A stretch of DNA of 64,000 bases, taken from the NCBI RefSeq assembly GCF_024521635.1, contig NW_026250407.1, forward strand, positions 558,001-622,000. The letters are read 5' to 3'. Both the position numbers and the translations under genes were made by a program. Shown piece by piece: positions 26,653 through 39,742 of this stretch (within the stretch, counting starts at the first letter, position 1; every line of letters starts with the position of its first letter). Below the pieces are notes generated by a model. It had not been told where the DNA came from. It ran no database searches and saw only the letters and a program-made list of their open reading frames with translations. The DNA comes from Tricharina praecox (taxonomy: Eukaryota).

Positions 26653-28458
26653 GGTGTACGGAGGTACGTGGGAGGCTCCTCTGTCGCTATCGGACAGAGA
26701 AAGCTAAATTCGAATTAAGCCGCCGTAATGACAAAGCAGGACGAATCGCGTCTGCTGGTATCTTCTCGACTCGCGCTGTCGGCGAAGATAATCGTGATGC
26801 CGGTGGGGGCGCGCGTAGAAGCTGTAGCTTCCGAGCGCGAACCTTCGGTACGGTTTAACGGGTGGCACCTATGGGTTCTGATCACAACAGCTGGAGGAAA
26901 CGAGGGCGGATACGTCGGAGAGCGGATCGAGATCGCGGGAACGACACAACGAGCACTGGACGGCTTCGGGTAGCAAACGCGCGAGCGATGGCGGCCGATG
27001 GATCGTCAATCTAAAACTCGGGATTTTCAAGGGCCTTCAAGCGGACGTGTTGTGTGGCGCGCGACCGCGGCGGCGGCAGAACAAGGAAAGGTCTTTTGGT
27101 CGAACCAGAAGGCTGTAATAGCAGAGTCTTGGGGATTTGGCAAAAATCGACAAGAGGCGCAGGGCAGATTGCAGATGGAGGGGCTTTTGAAGGTTGGGGC
27201 GATATAAGTTATAACAGCAGGTCGGGCCAGACCAGTGCGGCTCGTCTGTTCAAGGTTTGGGTGGCTGGAGGGATCTGCTTGGTGTCCGACAGTTGATTTC
27301 TCGTGAGCGAAGCGCGCTCTTCGGGATGAGGACTCAGGAAAAATCGACAATGCGACCGGCAAACTGATGAGCGGAAAGGCAGAGAAAAGACCGAGAATAA
27401 GAATAACAGCTCTTCTCCATTTCTGCAGCAGAGGCGAACAATCAGGGGGATACATAAATTCGAATGGCGAAAGGCCACTAATACTTCCCAATGTGGTTAG
27501 TGGTGCAGCCGACAATGGTGGTTAAATTGCTTTTTTATATCCGACGCAAAACGGGACCACAATGGCAGTAATCGCGTGCTGTGGCCGTGGATATGCGACC
27601 GAAGGAGGTGCCGGATTCCAGCCGGAGGGGGAAGTCGTGCAGCGGAAGGATGGGGGACATCGAGCCTGTTACCGGAAACCACGGTAGCTGTAACCATGCC
27701 GAGTGCTAGCTTGTGATTCAACGGGCCGGGAAGGGAGGCCGAATGTGCTACAGTAGTAAGAGAACATAAGACCGAAAGGCCGATTTGGGAAGCGACAACT
27801 ACATACTTAGGTAGCTGACCAGATTCCGACGTTCGAAAAGTCTTGCGATGATGGTTTGAAACAGAAAGAGCCAGAGTGCGGAAATACATGACACAGAGCC
27901 AATCCGAGCATGAAGGAAGATGAGCCGAAAGTTCGGTTAGGAAGAAGTGTATGTCTGGCTCCCAAGCGGCAAGAAGCAGAGAGTAAAAGGGCAGTAATCC
28001 CGTTCAAGCCAGGATCTTCAGCCGATCGAAATCCATTTGCTGGGACAGTAGCTCTGCAGTCAAAACCAAAGCGCACAGTTATCCTAATAGTATCGCGGTT
28101 TACATCGATTCATCCCGAGATGGCCGCAGCTTGAAGGTGCGGTTGTCGACTCTTTGCTGCCGTTACCGTCCATTCGCGTGCGGATTCGTTTGAGGAGCCG
28201 GAAATTTTGCCGATTGACATCAATCGAGTGACCGATTATGTCTATGGGCGCACTTACTCAGCAGCCAGCCCTGTTGGCCCTAGTTAGACTAGTGGAAGTT
28301 TTTTTTGGCCGCTGCCTCTTGGCGCTCATCCATAAAACCCACGCTTCCTTCCCCCCTCTCCACAACCCCATCATCACTACCAACCAACAACACACAGCAA
28401 ACATACCGACTAGTAAGTTCACCGCGCATCTACTGCATACTCCTTTCTCCCTTCCGCT

Positions 28459-28584
28459 TCAATTGATGATCTATGCACATACTTCTTTCCCAATCGTAAT
28501 CGACCATGAAGAAAGCTACATGCTGTTCGGGTTTGCACTACGGTGGAAACTTGGTACTTGCCAGTAATTTTTCGACTGAACTTG
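28459..28584 (+). ncRNA. snR190: Box C/D snoRNA, snR190 homolog
   Basis: C box TGATGA 28464, D box CTGA 28576, closing stem GCTTCAA/TTGAAGC. CTTCTTTCCC is complementary to LSU rRNA GGGAAAGAAG. TCGACCATGA, GTTTGCA..ACGG..AACTT and CTTGCCAGT match my recollection of yeast snR190, which also sits directly upstream of U14. Confidence 0.8.
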
Positions 28585-28755
28585 AAGCCTTCCCTCAACT
28601 TTCTCACTCATCGTATCGCACTATCTAGGATTTTGCTAACATGCTTTTAAGACAGGTTTTCTTTCTCACATAACACCATCCACACAGCAAATTGACAATC
28701 CGTACGTATTCCATCGCATCATCATTCTATATCCCCGCGCAGCCCCCCCCAGGTT

Positions 28756-28864
28756 CCTCCTGATGATACCATTCCTACATTCGCAGTTTCCTCGGTAGTG
28801 TGCGCTTAAGAACCCATCTTAGCATGCTTTGACCGCCGCGAGACCTTCCTTGGAAGTCTGAACT
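28756..28864 (+). ncRNA. U14: Box C/D snoRNA U14 (snR128)
   Basis: C box TGATGA 28761. Domain A CATTCGCAGTTTC is complementary to 18S GAAACTGCGAATG. Y-domain hairpin with GAACCCAT loop. Domain B CCTTCCTTGGA precedes D box CTGA 28858. Closing stem AGGTTC/GAACCT. Confidence 0.95.
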
Positions 28865-29712
28865 TGAACCTTCCTCACCTTTTTTGCACACATAACATTT
28901 GTCACGAGTTGTCGCTGACTTTGAGAAGAATCTAGGAATACAGAAGACTTGCAAATAGAAAATAAATGAATCAAATAATTGTTTCCATTGAGTTTGATGC
29001 TGCTCGCACGTGATGTCGATCTGTACCTGTGATATCCAATTTTGCTCGAGTCGCATGAAATTTGCTGCGTGTCTAGCGGGACATGACACCAGACATTTCT
29101 TTGTTCGGAACTCGGAGCTTAACCCTCCTTCAGTCCAAGGTCACGCCCAACAGACATCATTTTTCTAATATGTACCCAAATACACCGGTGAAGCAGTACC
29201 GTAGAGTAACATACACCGTCATAAGTACAAGCAAGTAAATCATGAATCCATCATGAAACCAAAAACAGTAGGCAGAGCACGATCTGCGCAACAGTGGAAC
29301 AAAGAATCCTCCTCCAGGAAGGGGCTGGACAGAAGAAACCAGACATACACAGAGCAGATGGCCCCAGATTGCGATTAAGTAAAAACACGAGAAGACAAAA
29401 GACACGCGCAACCAAATCATATCCATTCAAAAAAGCCAATTTCCATCCGATGTTGCAAGCATCATTCACCAAAGTTCACCAAGTTCACAACATGCACAGC
29501 ACTTTCACTTTTTTTCAATGTTCCCAACAAACACAAGCACATTCCCGTTCATCGTTTTTCGTCTTTCGTATCACGTCACCCCGGGTTGGATGGTTGGTTT
29601 GCTGAAAGAGTAATCGCGTGCAAAAAAAAAGGACCCGACAGTGATGTTTGTCTGATAGGATGACGACGACAAATGATGAAGAACGATGGCTGGGTGAGAG
29701 TGATAGTAATGC

Positions 29713-31913
29713 TTAGGTACCAGGCGGACCAGAAGCGCCCGGCGCACTTCCGGCTGCTGCTTGCTGCTGCAACACGGCGGCATAGTACATAGCACAATAG
29801 GCCTGGTAACCGCCATACGCAGCGTACGGATCATCTGCCGCTGGGGCAACAACAACAGCAGCAGCCGGGGTGGGAGCAGCTGCCGATTGACCGCCTCCAT
29901 ATCCACCCCATGACTGTTGATGGCCACCGTCCGACCCGCCGCCGTAACCACCGCCTCCACCGCCTCCTCCTCTTGGTCCGTTGCGAGATTTGTTGAGCTG
30001 GGGAAAAGAGTTACACTTATGGTTCTTTCACTTTCAGATAGATGGATGGGAGGGAGGGGTTACCGATGCCTCGACTTTCTCGTCTATGGCCTGGCGTGCA
30101 CGCGCAATAGCATCTCGGTTGCCTGCTAGAGAGATTTCACGCTCTTGATCATTTGGATTGAACTGGCTGGAGACATTGATTCTGCACCCAGTCGAATTTT
30201 GCATTTCCTTAATTGTCTCTCCACCTAGATTCAACGGATAGTTAGTCCTCAAGCTCGCTCTCATTCTCGGTACGCAATAGAAGGGAATATATAAACGTAC
30301 CCTTTCCAATGATCATTCCGACGGCATCAATCGGCACCTTTATGGTCTCTGTAATTCTGGGACCCGTACCACCACCACCATCACCACCCCCACCATAATG
30401 TTGTTGTTGCTGCTGCTGCTGTTGCTGCTGCTGCGGCGGCGGCTGCTGTTGCTGAGATGGGGGCGCCCTCACTGGAGGTCCGGGAGGCCCACCGTTGGTA
30501 TCACTTTCGACAATTTCCATTATCAACCGCCTGGCGTATTCCGAGGCTTGGGCAGAGCCGATGAGGTTCACAGGCCGCTGACCGTTCTGACTCTTCGCTT
30601 CGCCTACGATATTCACATGGCAGCCGGATTTGTCTTGAATGTCACGGATAGTTTCACCGCCACGTCCGATAATGAGACCAACAGTTCGATCGGGAACAAA
30701 TATTTGTGTGCTCTCTTCTGCGTGCAATTGCATGAGTTAGTTTACAGGGCTCTCTTATGGCCATACTATACAGAAAGAAAACTGTGTATGCACCACGTGA
30801 TTTTGAAAACGAACCTCCGTCCCTCAAATTGGGCGCTCCTGGACCCGCAGGACCTGGACCTTGGTTCATTTGCGACATTCCTCCATATGCGCTAGGAGCA
30901 GGTGCTGGTTTGCGAGCTGGGGGACCCGCCCCACCAGATTTCTCGTTCTCCTGGATGATAAGATCAATTGCGCGTCTCGCGGCAGTAATTTGTGGTCGTG
31001 TTCCTTGAATGTTGCAGACTCTCTCACCACCACTGTCTCTGTCGTGGCCATTTGTCATGAATTGCACTCGCGCACCAGTCTCAGATTCAACACGTCGCAG
31101 GTTCTCGCCTCCACGTCCAATGATTAGTCCGACCAGAGATGCATCAATGTTAATCTGTTCCATGTCCGGCGGCGGCGATCGCGTTCTGTGGCTACCAAAG
31201 CGTTCTCCCCGCGGGGGTGGGGAGTAGGCGTTGATGCTTCCGCCGCGTCGTTGGGGGCTGAACGAGCGCTCTCGGTCGCGCCCATACTCAGCGCCTGTGC
31301 GTCCTCGGCGTTCGTCGCGGAAAGTGCTGTACGCATCCCTATATGGATCGGGGCCACGTCTAGCGGGCGGTGATCGAGATCGCGAACGAGAGCGTCTACC
31401 GTAACGGGCTCTTGGATCGTCATATCGAGGCGCTGTATCAATGTTAGTCTGCAGAAACTTCCGGGCGACACACACAATCTCTGATGTGAATGCACCCTGT
31501 CAACAAAGCGGCGTGAGTACGTACCAGTGCTACTGGGGTCCCTGTGAACTCCCATCTCCGCGGCTTTGGCTTTCACCTTTGCGAGGGCATCGTCGAGAGA
31601 CACCCGTCCAGACGCGGTCGGCTTGATCTTACTAAGGTCGAGCGAGCCAGAGGCAGTCGGTTGAGGAAGCGCAAAGCCAGTCGGAGGCGAATTTACAGAC
31701 TGCTGGGGCTGTTGGGCCGTGGAAGCTCCGAGGGCGGCTGGGAGGCCTGGGAAGCCTTGAGGAAGTTGAGTACTTGCCGCCGGTCGAGCACCGCCGGCTA
31801 GAGAGGAGATATCCGTTAGAGAACGTAACGTCCAGGCGGAACGATGTGGCTAGACGCGTGTGGGTCGACTTACTGAGGGCGGCGAGAAGGGCTGCGACGT
31901 TCTGGTCTGCCAT
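29713..31913 (-). CDS. Triple KH-domain RNA-binding protein (FUBP/KSRP-like)
   Basis: VGLIIGRGGENLRRVE, VGLIIGRGGETIRDIQ and VGMIIGKGGETIKEMQ KH GxxG motifs; RS-rich N-terminal region; C-terminal DPYAAYGGY motif; multi-exon. Confidence 0.9.
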
Positions 31914-33362
31914 CGCTGAAGAGTGAATACGAGGAAAACGGGTTGGAGACAGCAACGGTCGGAAGTGGGGTGTATTTCGATTGCTGCCGCCGAGTACTTT
32001 TATTGTTATTACTGCTGCTGCTTTGTGGTTGTTGTAGTGTCTGGAAGAACAAGTTCTCTGGGGGTGGGTCTTTGTGATCGGAAAGTGGTCACTGGTTGCT
32101 CGAGTCTGCGGAGGGCTACGATTGGTTGCAGGCTAATTTTTCGTTGCGGTGATGACTTAGCACCGGATCTGGCGATTTTAACGTCACACTAGGGTTTAGA
32201 CATGACAGATCATTCGGACATTTCTCTTACCATTCAGTTTTGTCAAACTGCAGTGCTTACTATAATCGGGGGGTTTTTTTAAATTTACGACATAGATACA
32301 TTAGTATCCACACATGATTGATTGTAACTGCACGGTGGATACGCGTTTTAGTCGAGTTGATGATGTAAAAACAGAGCGTCACCGAAGTATCTCTTGAGTA
32401 TTTTTCTATGTAATCGACCGTTTGCAATGCTTATCATATCGATACCATGAACTCACATCCTTTTAAGCATACAGTACTTGCTTACTCTGCAAAAAGCGAA
32501 AAATTGAAGGAGTGAAAGAAGGGCTTTCTTCTACACTCACAAATCGTGGATTCAAACGCATCCAAGAACATGATCTAATGGTAGTGAATTACTGGAGACA
32601 AATAACCTCAGAAAATAGGATGAACTCGCTGATTTTACTCTGCACTACTCGCACTCCGCTGCAACTGAATGCGGAAGACATGTACGCGTCTGATATCTCC
32701 ATGTAACTTCCCGAGTCCATCGGACTATTCGTGGGTGCTCGGGGCAGCCGTTGCACGCGTGAGGCGAGTTTGGCTGCGGAATCACAATTATCACTCGATG
32801 ACACCAAGCATCGTGAGAAACCTCCCAAAAGTTGATCCAACCACCCAATCACTTGAAGAATCAATCACGATGACAATACTACTAGTCCATGAGAGACCCT
32901 AGTGTTAGGGCTCAAAACCCCCAACGAACCCCCACTACAAAACCACCACCACCCCCCACCCCTCTTGCTCTCTTTCCTTTCCTCTTCACTACCCACAGTT
33001 ACTGTCTGCATCACCCCTCACTCTTGCAACACACTTCCTTTCACTTCCTTACACAGCCTTCGACCTCGATCGACACATCTTCCTCTGCTAGCAACACTCG
33101 TGTATGCACTCAATTCCTTGCTTGTTGTTTTGTATCATCCTCGGATTAACTGATGTTCTTTGTTTAGTCGCTACGAATCCTCACCTATCCTACCTATATC
33201 TTTGTGGCAAGTTCCCCGTCTTCCCATATCCGTTAATGTGCTGACGTCGGTGATCACGATGGTCATGCTGGGTGATGCATACGCTGGAGAATTCCCGCGG
33301 CTTTCATCCGATCATTGCTGACATTTGTTGATTAGATCCTTCAAATCACACGCAATTTCAAG

Positions 33363-36300
33363 ATGTCTCCTCGTGTTAACGATACATCGACCTCTGTCAA
33401 CCAGGGTCTCTTTAGTCCTAGGGCTAAAGCCACGATCCTTCAAGAACTGGACCGTCTTACCGCAACATTTCCCGCTGAAGCTCGTCATACGGTTCAAGTC
33501 GGAGCATGGTTCGCTCACGAGTCCCTCGTTGCCCGTAACATCCAGCACGAAAACATGATCGACCCCCACGCCAACATCTATGGTAAGTTTTGAAACTATT
33601 CTTAGGCTTTCAATTTGGCGGCTGAATGCTAATCACATCAATTTCCAGGACTTATGAACGATGCCGTGGTCGATGAGACATACAACCTCAGAAGCGAAGC
33701 CATTCACTGGTGGAATATCATTGGATCCGGATTCAAGTCCTACTGGATGCGCTGGATCACTCCGGCCCATCGTGAGATAATTTTGCTTAGCGCATTTTAT
33801 GGCACCTACAAGACCCCCCGAGGCGAGGAATATGCCAAGTACTTGCTCGACTTCAGTATTCCCCAGCTCTTGGAAAACAATGGAGGGAAGCTCATTGCCT
33901 TCATTGAGAATGTTATCCAGCGGGGTATCATGGAGTTAGATGCTTCTGTTCCCCCTTTAAACGACGAGTTGGACCAGACGATCAGTCACTGGATCGCTGA
34001 GCTTGACGACAAAAACGAGTACGGCAGGTACAAAGGGGATAACATTATGTGCCTTAAGGCCATGATACATTTTTCACGAGCAACCTTCGCCATGCGTTTC
34101 ACAAGCCAGGTCATGGAGCTGTGGCAAGTCATCAGTGGTGAATTTTCTGCGGATCTGGTCTCCGAGGCGAATCCGTTGGGAATCAAGGTAAGTCGCCCAG
34201 ATCAAAATCTTCCCATTTGGATGCTTGAACTAATGCTCGATAGAACAATTTCGACGGCACATTCAGTGTTGCCAGAACTACCATCCCATCCGGCCCACAG
34301 GGCGAGTCCAAGAAGCCTTCCAAAAAGAAGGGCAAAAAGAGCCACAGGGGAAAGAATGGTAAAGCGCTGTACCAGGTCCGGAAGAAGGAGGCGAAGGCCG
34401 AAGCACTCCAAATTGCTGATACCCTGGCCACGGTTGACGAGTCGACCGAGACGGACGCTGTTACGATGCCACTTGATTCAGCGGAGGAGTTCACCTTGCA
34501 TGCCTCTACGGAAATCTCCATGGATGACGATATGGACGGCGATAGTGAGGCTACAATGACCTTCATAGATGAGAAGGACGATGTGATCATGACCGATCCC
34601 CAAGAACCCTGGCCAGTTGATGCGAGCGAGGATGAAGGATGCGCTTACGCCACGGCCATCGTTGGCGATACAGATCTGGCCGAGGGGATCTCTAAAGTTC
34701 CAGGCGTGGACTTGAAAAATCTTACTGCGGTGGACCAGCAACTCAAATCGGATACTCCTGATCGGTTTTCCGAGGGTGAAAAGGCAGAACTGGTCATGGG
34801 TGAGCCTTGCGGACTTGTTCATGATGAGAAAAGTAACCTTTCCCTGCTTATATTATGGTTCAAAAGTGGAGTGCTAACAAGTTTGATGAATCAGTCCTGA
34901 GTACCTCCGGAGATGCGTCCACGGTGGAGGAACATTTGGCCACAGAGAATCCTTTCGCTCTCAGTACCCACAAGCCACGCAATAATTTGTGGGAGAATCT
35001 TGAACTTCGCCAGTGGCGTTCTCAACATCCCGAAGTGCCGGCCATGACAGACAAGAAGAAAGAGGATGCGGCCGCCAAGTTGCAAATTCGTCGTGAGCTC
35101 ACTAAGGCCAGGATCCGCGATACCCCTTGGGTCCATAGCGGTATGCGCGCCTGGTATGCTCGCAGCAGTTGGGGATCCTTGTCGGGCTCACCGGAAGCGC
35201 TGGGAATGACGGCCAAGGTGGTCGAGGACGCCGCTAAAGATGCTGCCCCTGTTCCGACTCCGTTTAAGATGTTTAAATGCTTGTGGAATCCCAGTGCATT
35301 CCGTCAAGAGAATACCGGAAGATTCGGATCTGAGACTCCGCATTCTGAGAGTCAGAAGGATTTCCTCGAGCGGCACCAGGGAGTTTGGGATAATCTGGTT
35401 CCCGAAGATCATAATGTAAGTGAACTTCATTCTGGAACTCCATACCCAATTCCCTCCAGTGTACTTTTAACTGATGCATCTCTAGCTGAGCCAACCCGAG
35501 TATGAAGATCTCATGGCGATACCAGGCTCCTTGCCAGTATATTCGAGCTCGAGCTCTTCTAAGAGCAGCTCTGGATCAGAATCAGGCGCATCTGTCTATG
35601 TTGATGCCAAGTTATTTGCCGAGGACTCGGAACGATATCTCTATACCGAGGAATGTGGAGGCTCTGGTATCGAGACCTTAAAGAGTCACGAGGCGGAGGG
35701 TACTACCGAGTTTATAGGCCCGGCAGTGAACTCTGAGATCGCCGAGCTAGACGATGATGTTGTCAACATCGTCGCCACCGAGACTGACGAAGTTCCCGAC
35801 TTCACCGGCATCATCGAAAACATTGAAGTCGACGAAGCTGTTGTGACCACCGAGAACTCCGATCTCACTGAGAGCGTAGAAGTTCCCAATGTCACCGGCA
35901 TCATCGAAAACATTGAAGTCGACGAAGCTATTGTGATCACCGAGAACTCCGATCTCACTGAGACTGTCGAGATCGAGAATGTCGCTCACTCCGTCGAATC
36001 AGATAGAATTGTCAAAGTTTGCGGTACACAGACTTCTGGAGCTGGCGATACGGTGGAAGCGGTTGGCGCCACAGGAGCTTCCAAAGTCCTGGACCCCATC
36101 GATCAAGCGTCTGAGGAGATCGTCTTGCCTTCTGATGCTGACGTCGAGATTGAGTGCGATGGGGCTTCAGTCGAAACAGACCTTGAAATGCTACAGACTC
36201 CGGCCCTGGGCCACTCTCCTGAGGTTATTGTTTTGGAAGACGAAAATTCTAATCTCGTCGATGATAGGCTTCTACTGGCTTCTACTGCGCTTATCCCGAA

Positions 36301-38491
36301 CACTGCTGTAATAGAAGTCCAAGATCGCAAACCTCATCGTCCATCGAAGGTTTACATCGCAATTCCGCATATGTTCTGGAAGAAGCAGATTAAACCGAGC
36401 ATCGTCATGAATTCGCCGGGTCCGGATGTTTCACCTGTCGAGAAGGCTGGTAGGCGCAAGAAGTCTCCTCGTCCCAAAAAGAAGAACAGGGCAAATAAGA
36501 AGCTACAGTCTGTCAATCCTTCCATTCAGAATGATACAACGGCTCCACCTAAAGAGCCAGAGCCGCCGAGAACCGCCGCGAAGACGGACCAGACTGTCGA
36601 AGATGTTATAGGGGCACCTACACTCGTCGAGAATCAACCTGTGGCCGAAGTTTCCTCGCAGGGTTCTTCGCCCATATTGGAAACGGAACATACTTCCGCC
36701 GCTGGAACTCATGTTGTCTCGCTCACTTCTAAAGAAGAACCAGACGTCAACGCTGTTTATCCACTCGTCTCTAAGGAGGAACTAGTCGTTAACGCTGTTT
36801 CGGATGCTTCCTTGCCCGTGATAGAGAAGTTGCATATTGTCCAGGGTGGCTCTGAAGTTTCTTTGTTCGAGCCAGAGAAGGAATCAGCTATCGAAATTGG
36901 TTCTGATGATGCGCTGCTGATACCGGAGAAGCCTCTAGTGAATGTGGAGGTCGAATTGAAGGTCAAGGAGGCTTCCGGGCTCGAAGAACCCAAATGCAAT
37001 CATCGGGAATCCCACGCTGAACCGTTGGCTCCTTCGACCTTGGAAATACCTACTATCATAGTCGAGGAGCATCACGATGACCTTACCATCCATACTGAGA
37101 AGTATACTACTGGCCCTACTATCTCGGCCCAAGGCTTTTACATTGAGGATCCCAACGCAACGGGAGAAGGTCTTCAGGAAGGACCTGGGTTTGCAGACCG
37201 TGTTCGGATTTTGCTATCCAAGTCCTCGCCTTCTAGCTCCTTGGCACCTTCTCGTCAGGACAACCGGAATAACAACGACCGCGAAGATTGCTCTGTGGAA
37301 ATTGTTCATGGCAAGTTGAGCAGATCCTCCGGTGGTCAGTATGCTCAGCGAGGCGGTAGCCCTAGTGGCCGCGGTGGCCGCGGTGGTCGTTATGGTCAGA
37401 ACCGCCAGAGAATCCGTGGTCCCAAGAATAATGGGTTTCTTCAAGCTCCGAATGAGCAGAGGATGCATTGGAGCCCCGCCAATCCCCACCCCCATCAGTT
37501 TGGTCCGTACAATTTACTTTCCCAGCAGTGTAGCCAGTCCATGGCACCACCTCCAGGACTCACCTATTCGAACGCCCTCACTCTTCCATACCAGCCGCAG
37601 GTGTTCATACCGCCCTGGTATAACGGCACAAGAGACGTTGCTGAGCACAGGGGCACGGCATACCACATCTCCGGAGGCGACATGGTCGGCTACTTCGGAT
37701 TTCCGAAGATCCCTCTTGAGCTCCTCTCGGTCGTCAAGGATGCCCGCCTCGGCTCGCTCAAATTCCAGTGCTTCCACTGCCGGGCGCTCCTCACGCACGA
37801 GAACTCGGTCGTATGCCTAATCTGCGGTGTCAACAGTGCCACCAGATTCTGCGACGACCGTTGCCGCTATGCCGACGGTGGGCACTGGCAATTCTGCGGC
37901 CTCGATGGGCTTCCCTACAGGACGGACTACCACCCGCCCATGTACTCGGGACCTCTCCGCACGAGGGGGAATGCGAATGTCTACCTTTACTGGCAGACGA
38001 CTGTGCTCCACGACTATCCGGGCTTCGACTACATAGTCTTCGGCCGGGGCTTCCTGCGGAACCAGCCGCCGCACATTTTCAAGGCCGTAGTCTTCGGCTC
38101 CCAGACCCTCCGCAACCGCTTCCACGCGGTTCTCAAGCGCGCGGTCTGGGACTTTGACCGACGAAGCGTCATCCTTCTCTTCCGTGTGGTTCGCCACTGG
38201 GCGAGGAAGCAGGGGTGGGTTCTCCCCGAGGGCGTCATCGAGGACCAGTTCGAGATGGAGTTCGGTAGCGCGTTCGCTGAGTTCCGCCACTCGTACTTCC
38301 CGGACTCCATGCCGTCCGAGTACGAGTGGCGCGAGCATGAGAGTCATCTCGGGGGACTCCTCCTAAGGGAGGGATTCCCCGGGATGGCGGTCATCAGCAC
38401 CAAGCTTCCGCTGGTGGGCCAGGAGCCGAAGGTCCCAGGCTACATCCTTGACAGGATGGAGGTTGGTGCGGCGCCGACGCTGGACGTTTAA
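33363..38491 (+). CDS. Large (~1500 aa) mostly low-complexity protein with C-terminal MYND-like Cys/His cluster
   Basis: Long ORFs linked by canonical introns (33583-33648, 34188-34242, ~34800-34894, 35416-35485). C-terminal CFHC..CLICGVNSATRFCDDRC..HWQFCG. Confidence 0.7.
35789..35968 (+). repeat. 90-bp tandem duplication (2 copies, 30 aa) inside the large CDS
   Basis: EVPDFTGIIENIEVDEAVVTTENSDLTESV / EVPNVTGIIENIEVDEAIVITENSDLTETV; units start at 35789 and 35879. Confidence 0.92.
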
Positions 38492-38919
38492 CGTCAGCGT
38501 GGGTTTGTGGGGATTGGCGACCCCCACACCCCCCCTTCCCCCTACTTGAGTAGTGTACAATAGATGTTTTTGAATGACTTGTGCTTTCTTTGATGATGAG
38601 ACCGTGGACCGTGATCAAAGATAAATAATCGTAGAACATGAAGAGCTCCTACCGAGACTGCTTCCATCTGCATCCAAGTACTTGAACATTGACAACAGCA
38701 GAGATTGTAGGAATTGTAGAGTAGTTCGTGAACATGTACTATGGAGCTCTTGTGCTGCTTCAGGTTCCTTCGGTGCATAGTGAGGTTTAGACTCACATAT
38801 CATCACTCGCATCCACGGGTTTTAGCGTAGTTAGCGCCTCGCCAACGGGTTGATGGGTCCACAACACCGACCCAAGCTCCCACCAGCTCCACGGCCACCG
38901 AGCAACCATAAAAGCAACG

Positions 38920-39534
38920 ATGACAACCCCGCGCATCACCTGCATCGCCATAATCGGCAAGAAAGTACGTCCCGCCGTCCTCCTCGTCCTTCTCCTTCTC
39001 CCCATTCTCTACTAACATTCTCCAGAACTCGCCGCTCCACCTCTCGACCTACCCCACGTCCTCCAGCAGACGCGACACGCTCTCGTACCACTTCCTCGTG
39101 AACACAACGCTCGATGTGTTCCAAGCGCGGCAGCCATCGAAGGCAGGCGGTGACAGTGATTTCGGTCTTCTCTATGCCGTCGACGATACTTGCGCGCTGT
39201 ATGGATGGATTACGAATACCGGCGTGAAGTTTGTGGTTGCCGTTGAGACGCCGGTTTCGGAGGGGGTGGATGCGGAGGGCATTGGCGTTCGGGAGGGAGA
39301 GATGAAGGGGGTATGTACGGGATAGAGGGGCGACGAGCGACGGGTGACAGGTCAAGGGGCTAATTATGGGTGTGTGGATAGGTGTTCCGTGCCATCCAGA
39401 CGGCGTATATCTCACTCGTTTGCAATCCGTTCTTTGATAACGACGAGACGCGTCCGATTGAAAGCCGGAAGTTTCTGGCAGAGGTTAAAAAGATTGCAGA
39501 TGGGTGGAGGCCAGGGGTGCAGGTGCAGGCGTGA
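38920..39534 (+). CDS. Sedlin-family TRAPP subunit (TRAPPC2L/Tca17-like), 3 exons
   Basis: ITCIAIIGKKNSPLH, DFGLLYAVDD..LYGWITNTGVKFVV and FRAIQTAYISLVCNPF. Confidence 0.88.
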
Positions 39535-39742
39535 GTGCGGGGGCTACGGTGAGCTTGAGGTATCAATTGCTTCTTCATCTTCAGGCCTGTATATTGGTAA
39601 CGGCGTTAAGGGTTTCATGTTCTTCTTGTGCGTCATCTACTGCTTCAAGGGCTCAAATGCCGCCTAACTAAGAGTGCTTCTAAATACAGAGGTATATCCA
39701 TTCAATCATGATTGGAGTCTATCCAAAAAGTCATTCATCCAT

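Larger units (their letters stand above)
28340..29000 (+). ncRNA. Spliced non-coding snoRNA host transcript (boundaries approximate)
   Basis: Intron 1: GTAAGT 28413, branch GCTAAC 28635, acceptor ~28655. Intron 2: GTACGT 28702, branch GCTGAC 28914, acceptor ~28935. Exons are short, C/A-rich and carry no meaningful ORF; each intron holds one C/D snoRNA. Confidence 0.72.
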
